A DNA stretch of 64,000 bases from the human T2T-CHM13v2.0 reference genome, Homo sapiens: the NCBI RefSeq assembly GCF_009914755.1, contig NC_060927.1; one strand, 5' to 3'. Below the pieces are notes generated by a model. That model made no database searches, was not told where the DNA came from, and was given only the letters and a program-made list of their open reading frames with translations. Both the position numbers and the translations under genes were made by a program. Shown in pieces: positions 58,275 through 64,000 of the stretch; the first letter of the stretch is position 1; each line of letters starts with the position of its first letter.

Positions 58275-59027
58275 TGAAACTGCCTTTGCAAAAATTTATA
58301 CAGAAAAATGTCACATGGGAAGATCATGACAGTGAATCTGACATAGGATAATTAGACAGTGCTTCTAATATCCAAGCTTTCTTTCTTCATTCATGGGTGT
58401 AGGCCAAACTAACTTTTAGAGCAATTTAGTTTAAGTTTGACTTTGAAACGAAGAGCATAACAGTCCTTACTAAAAACAAACCACCTCCTTCCTTGGGGAC
58501 CAGACCACATTGGAAAAACTAACAAATTATCACAAGATTAGAAACTGTAGTTCAAGAGCCATGCAGCCAGAAGCCACAGGATTCCTACTCTGCCCAGTTA
58601 CTCCTATGGATATCATTACTATTGTCAAATCCGAGTTTGGTGTTCAAGGTATATCTTTAGACCCGGTATTCTGATGAACTAGCAGGCACCACTTTGACTT
58701 GTAGACCGGCTCGTCTGGACTCACCTCAAGAGGAGAGCTTTGACTCTCTATAACTTCATCCTTAAACCAACCAATCAGCATTTTCCATTTCCTTGCCCCT
58801 GCCAACAACTATCTTTAAAACGATCAACTATCTTTAAAAACTAACAATTGTCTTTAAAAAACACTAGCCTCTGAATTTTTGGAGAGGCTGTTTGAGTAAT
58901 AATAAAACTCTAGTCTCCCATTTAGCCAGCTCTATGACTATTAAACTCTTTCACTATTTTAATTCCTCTGTCTTGATAATTGCCTCTATGTGGGTAGAAG
59001 GCAAGAAGATCCCAGTGGGCGGTTATA
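58275..59027 (+). mobile_element. LTR8-family solo LTR
   Basis: TGAAACTGCCTTTGCAAAA...GGGCGGTTATA with TSD TAGA (58271-58274 and 59028-59031). Confidence 0.8.
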
Positions 59028-59080
59028 TAGAGAGGAGGAGGAGTTGGAAATGTCAGTCAAAGACTTACACCTGGCCTCTG

Positions 59081-59081
<1 letters not shown>

Positions 59082-59122
<41 letters not shown>

Positions 59123-59126
59123 TATA
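59082..59126. repeat. A-run followed by a (TA)n microsatellite
   Basis: Read directly. Confidence 0.9.
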
Positions 59127-60188
59127 CACTAATGAATAGGATGATAGAATGGCAGTATTAAGACATAGTGACAGCACCAGCTAAGAGGCAATACACTGCA
59201 AGTTTGTCTTTATTTTACCTTTTTCTTCCCCCGACCTTTTCCTAGTAAAACCCCTTATTTCTCATCAGATATAAGTTTGCCTGGAAGATATATGTCTGGA
59301 ATTTGAGGTTCAGTTTGCATGAGGAGGACAATTTTACTTGGGGCTGGCTTCTGAAGGGAATCTAGATCTTTGGCCTTATTTAAACCAGGTTTTAACTAGC
59401 TGAGATCACACTATACTGATCACAGCATTCAGAGCATCCAATTTTATAAACTGAAGTTTGCATAAGATGTCAGAAGTGTCATGTGTTGTGGATAATGGTG
59501 GAATAAAGTGTAATTTCAATTGTTAATAGCAAGAATTGGCTTATAGTGACTTAATGTTTATGATTCTGAAGTCCATAGTACACTGTAGGATGATCTGCAT
59601 TTCTTATACACATCTAAATCCACAATGCCCAGTTGCAGATCTTCACTTTCTCCTACAGGGAATCCTAAGGTGCTCTTAGGGATGCTCCAGTTCTCTACAC
59701 CTTCCTGTCCCGGCACAGTGGAGATATACAATTGATGAACCCTTGTGTTGAACCCACATAGAGCCAAGTTTATATAAACATTTTTCTGAGATTGGAAATG
59801 AAGCCTCCAAAATGAATCAGTGTACAAAGAATTGCTACCTGTGTTATTATCAGTTCTGTACTATTATATATTTTTCTCTACTTTAGAAAGCCAAACTCTT
59901 TCAAAGGATCTCCATAATTTCCTATGATATTGGTAAAAGAGATATTATTTTATAATATCTGTTATTCTTCTTAAAGTTTAAAATGCAATGTAATTCATAA
60001 TAATTTTAGATTTAATATACAGCATGCTAAAATTATGGACAAATTAAAAAAGAGTAAATAATCTTCATGTTTTATTATCATGACTAAAATCTAGATAAGC
60101 AAAATTCTCGATAAATGAGTTTTTATAATGATGACTTATTAGCTTGTTATCCCAACTATAATCACTTTGTATGATAAGTTCTGGTTAA

Positions 60189-60489
<301 letters not shown>

Positions 60490-61749
60490 TAGAATGTGAT
60501 ATGGTTTAAAACTCAGTTTAAACTTTCCTTTCATTATGGTTCTTATATAAAAAAGCTTTCTGATGATTCTGATATAAATGTATATTCTGTGTAATCACAC
60601 ATTCTGATTAAAATTTTAAGATCTGCCAATTAAACATTAACTTCTCTATAACTTCTGGCAATAATTTAAATATCTTTTATATAGATACATATATACAGCA
60701 GTATGTAGAGATACATATATTTTTATTCAGCATTTTATATATGAATAGTAATACATATATATATATACATATCAGAAAACATACTTTCCCTAACTTATTC
60801 AGCACTTACAAATTTAAAAGTATTCCAGTAAAAACTTTTGAGAATTTTTCATTATTTTGTGATTTGGGATTGCATGGAAGAAAATGTTTTCCATATAAAA
60901 ATTTACTTAAAATTGGAATTGCTGCCATTTGTTCTTTATATTTTCTGTATCAGGATTCAGTCTTTGGCTGATTTCTTTCTGCAAAAAAAACAAAAACAAA
61001 AACAAAAAGCTGGTGGAGAATAAAGTGCTCTCAAAACCAGCAAAGTTTCTTGAGAAATTTAGTTTTAATTACTTTAACAAAAAGGAAGATCAAAATTTAA
61101 ATATGAACTAAACTTTCAGTTTCAATATTTTCATGAACAGTGGGAAATTTGTGAGTAAAATTTCAAGTCCAAGACTATCATACACAAATTCCACAGGAAA
61201 AATAAACTTTTAATTTTTTACAAAAGACTCAGAGCTCAAGCTGGTATTGATGAACACTAGGGTCAATGCACACATCCAAACGAAACTTCTGAGTCTTTGC
61301 CTCTATTTTGCCTTAATGAATCTCTGATACTTCCTCTCTTTTTATTTTGTGGCTTGTCTTTTTTGCGCTTACCCATCTATGACTTCATGATTCTCTACCT
61401 ATCTTTCCTTCCTCCTTCCTGTTTTATTTGACCCACACAAATCTCCGTTTCTGCTTTTCCTGTCCCTTTTCTCCTTTCAACATCTTCCTCTTCTCTCATC
61501 TCAATCTATCTTTTCTCTTGAGAACTTTTCAATACTCTACAGGAGAAAAAATATTACATTAGTCTATGAGCAGCAGACTAATGCTAAGTGTTCACATACC
61601 TTTGAGTACTCTATCTCATTCCCACACTATTGTGCTACTTGTTTCCCATTCACTTCTTATTTGATGATGTTTATTCTATTACTTAAGGAAAATTGCTCTC
61701 ACTAAAGCCATTAAAAATTGCTTAATTTCTACACGCACTGATTTCCTTT

Positions 61750-62655
61750 AAGCCAGCATAGTACTTGTACAAAACCAGACACATAGACCAATGGAAAAGA
61801 GTAGAAAACTCAGAAAGATAGTCACACACTTACAACCATCTGACCTTCAAGTTCAAGGTAAACATGCAGTGGTTAAAAGATTCTGTAGTCAATAAATGGT
61901 GATAGGATAACTGGCTAGCCTGAAGCAGAAGAACAAAACTGAACCCTTACCTTTCAACATATACAAAAACTTACTCAAGGTGGATTAAGTTTTTAAACGT
62001 AAGACCTCATACTATAAATATCCTAGAAGAAACCCTAGGAAATACCCCTCTTAATGTTGGCCTTGGTAAAGCACTTTTGGTTAAGTCCACAAAATCAATT
62101 GCAACGAAAACAAAAATTGACAAGTGGGACCTAATTAAAGAACTTTTGCACAGCAAAAGAAACTATCAATAGAGAATAAAAACAACCTACATAAAGGGAG
62201 AAAATATTTGCAAACTGTGTATCCAACAAAGGTCTAATATCTACAATCTATAAGGAACTTAAATCAATGAGAATAAATAAATAAATACCCCCATTAAGAA
62301 ATGAGCAAATATGACAGACACTTCTTAAAAGAAGACATACAAGTGGTCAAAAAACATATGAAAAAATGGTCATTATCGCTACTCATCAGAGAAAATGCAA
62401 ATCAAAACCACAATGAGATACCATCTCACACCAGTCAAAAAAAAAAAAAAAAAAAAAAAAAGACAGATGTTGGAGAGGCTGCAGAAAAAGGGAACACATA
62501 TATACTGTTGGTGGGAACATAAATTACTTTAGCCACTGTGGAAAGCAGTCTGTAAATTTTTCAAAGAACTTGAAACAGAGCTACCATTTGACCCAGCGAT
62601 ACTATTACTAGCAATCCTATTACTATATCCAAAGAAAATTAGGTCATTATACCAT
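61750..62655 (+). mobile_element. Old L1 ORF2 fragment, paralog of 46818-47712
   Basis: Same start and end in L1 coordinates and the same right flank as the inverted piece at 46818-47712. Confidence 0.8.
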
Positions 62656-63175
62656 CATTTTTTTTTCTTGCTATACTTCTCTTTTCTCAGTATACTCTCT
62701 AATAGATAAATAATTCATAACTATGCCCTCATCTACTCTAATGACACCCAAATTATTTTTTTATTTCTATTGCTCTAGTAATATTATATTACTAATACTA
62801 ACCAGCTCATCTCGATGTTCAAGGCATGTTCACGCTACACACATGTCAATGCATCTGAATTCTTAGTCTCTATTTTGGATAACTACTCACAAAGTGACTC
62901 CTTTTTCCTTCAGTGAATACTACTTTCCCATCAAATATGGGGCTAAATATTTGCATCCTAGTGATGCTACATTCTGAATGCCTTACAATATCCTAGTGAT
63001 GCTACATTCCGAATGCCTTAAATCTTTCTTCATCCTCCTCATTATTTCCAGCATTATGTTACACAAGTAGACGGGAATATAATTTAATTTTGTGTAATGT
63101 CAGTAACTATGTATGCATATTATACTGCTTAGTGCACCCTTCTGAAGAGTTTTCAGTGACTTCTGTGTTGTTTAT

Positions 63176-64000
63176 TGATATGGTTTGGCTCTGTGTTTCT
63201 GTGTTCTCCCCCAAATCTGATATCAAATTGTAATCTTCATGTGTCAGGGAAGGGACCTGATGGGAGGTGATTGCATGGGAGCGGATTTCCCCCTTAGTGT
63301 TCTTGTGATAGTGAGTGAGGTCTCACGAGACCTAGCGGTTTCAAAGTGTGTGGCACTTCTCTCTTTGCTCACTCTCTCTCTGCTCACTCTCCCTCCTTCT
63401 CTGCCATGGTAAGACGTGCTTGCTTCCCGTTCACTTTCTGCCATGATTGTAAGTTTCCTGGGGCCTCCTAGCCATGCTTCCTGTGCAGCCTATGGAACTG
63501 TGAGTCAATTAAATCTCTTTTCTTCATAAAGTACCCAGTCTCAGGTAGCTTTTTATAGCAGTGTAAGAATGAACTAATACAGAAAATTAGTACCAAAAGA
63601 GTGGGGCACTGCTATAGAGATACCTGAAAATGAGGAAGCAACTTTGGAGCTGGGTAACAGGCAGAGGTTGGAACACTTTGGAGGACTCAGAAGAAGACAG
63701 TAAGATGAAGGAAAGTTTGGTACTTCCTAGAGACTTGTTGAATGGTTTTGACCAAAATGCTGATAGTGATTTGGACAATGAAATCCAGGCTGAGATAGTC
63801 AGATGGAGATGAGAAACTTATTAGGAACTGGAGTAAAGGTCTCTCGTGCTATGCTTTAGCAAAGTGAGTGGTGGCATTTTTCCCTTGTCCTAGAGATCTG
63901 TGGAACTTTGAACTTGAGAGAGATGATTTAGGGTATCTGGGAGAAGAAATTTCTAAGCAACAAAGCATTAAAGATGTTTTGTTACCTGACTGTTTCTAAA
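63176..64000 (+). mobile_element. MaLR element (MSTA/THE1-type): LTR 63176-63581 plus internal sequence running off the window
   Basis: TGATATGGTTTGGCTCTGTGT...GAACTAATACA, then internal sequence GAAGCAACTTTGGAGCTGGGTAACAGGCAGAGGTTGGAAC. Confidence 0.88.

Overview
This is primate, almost certainly human, AT-rich genomic DNA from a tandem olfactory-receptor cluster of the OR5H subfamily. From memory of the gene order this is 3q11.2; that was not checked. There are three + strand OR5H pseudogenes (26944, 37156, 51779), each in a paralogous duplication unit. The first ~1.1 kb matches the 3' flank of a fourth OR lying just left of the window. About half the window is retroelement: a full-length dead L1PA4-like LINE-1, a two-LTR HERV-H provirus 417 bp upstream of the first OR, a deleted MER61-like provirus, LTR8, MER11, MaLR and ERVL pieces, a twin-primed old L1, seven Alus and a MER30. 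I found no intact protein-coding gene and no prokaryote-type system, and nothing here is clearly a new biological system. The best leads are a possible HERV-H/OR chimeric transcript, a conserved uORF and candidate 5'UTR exons of OR5H genes, a duplication beside the ZNF93-bound region of the L1, and filled versus empty insertion sites that order the cluster's duplications. Repeat subfamily names come from remembered consensus sequences and need RepeatMasker/Dfam confirmation.
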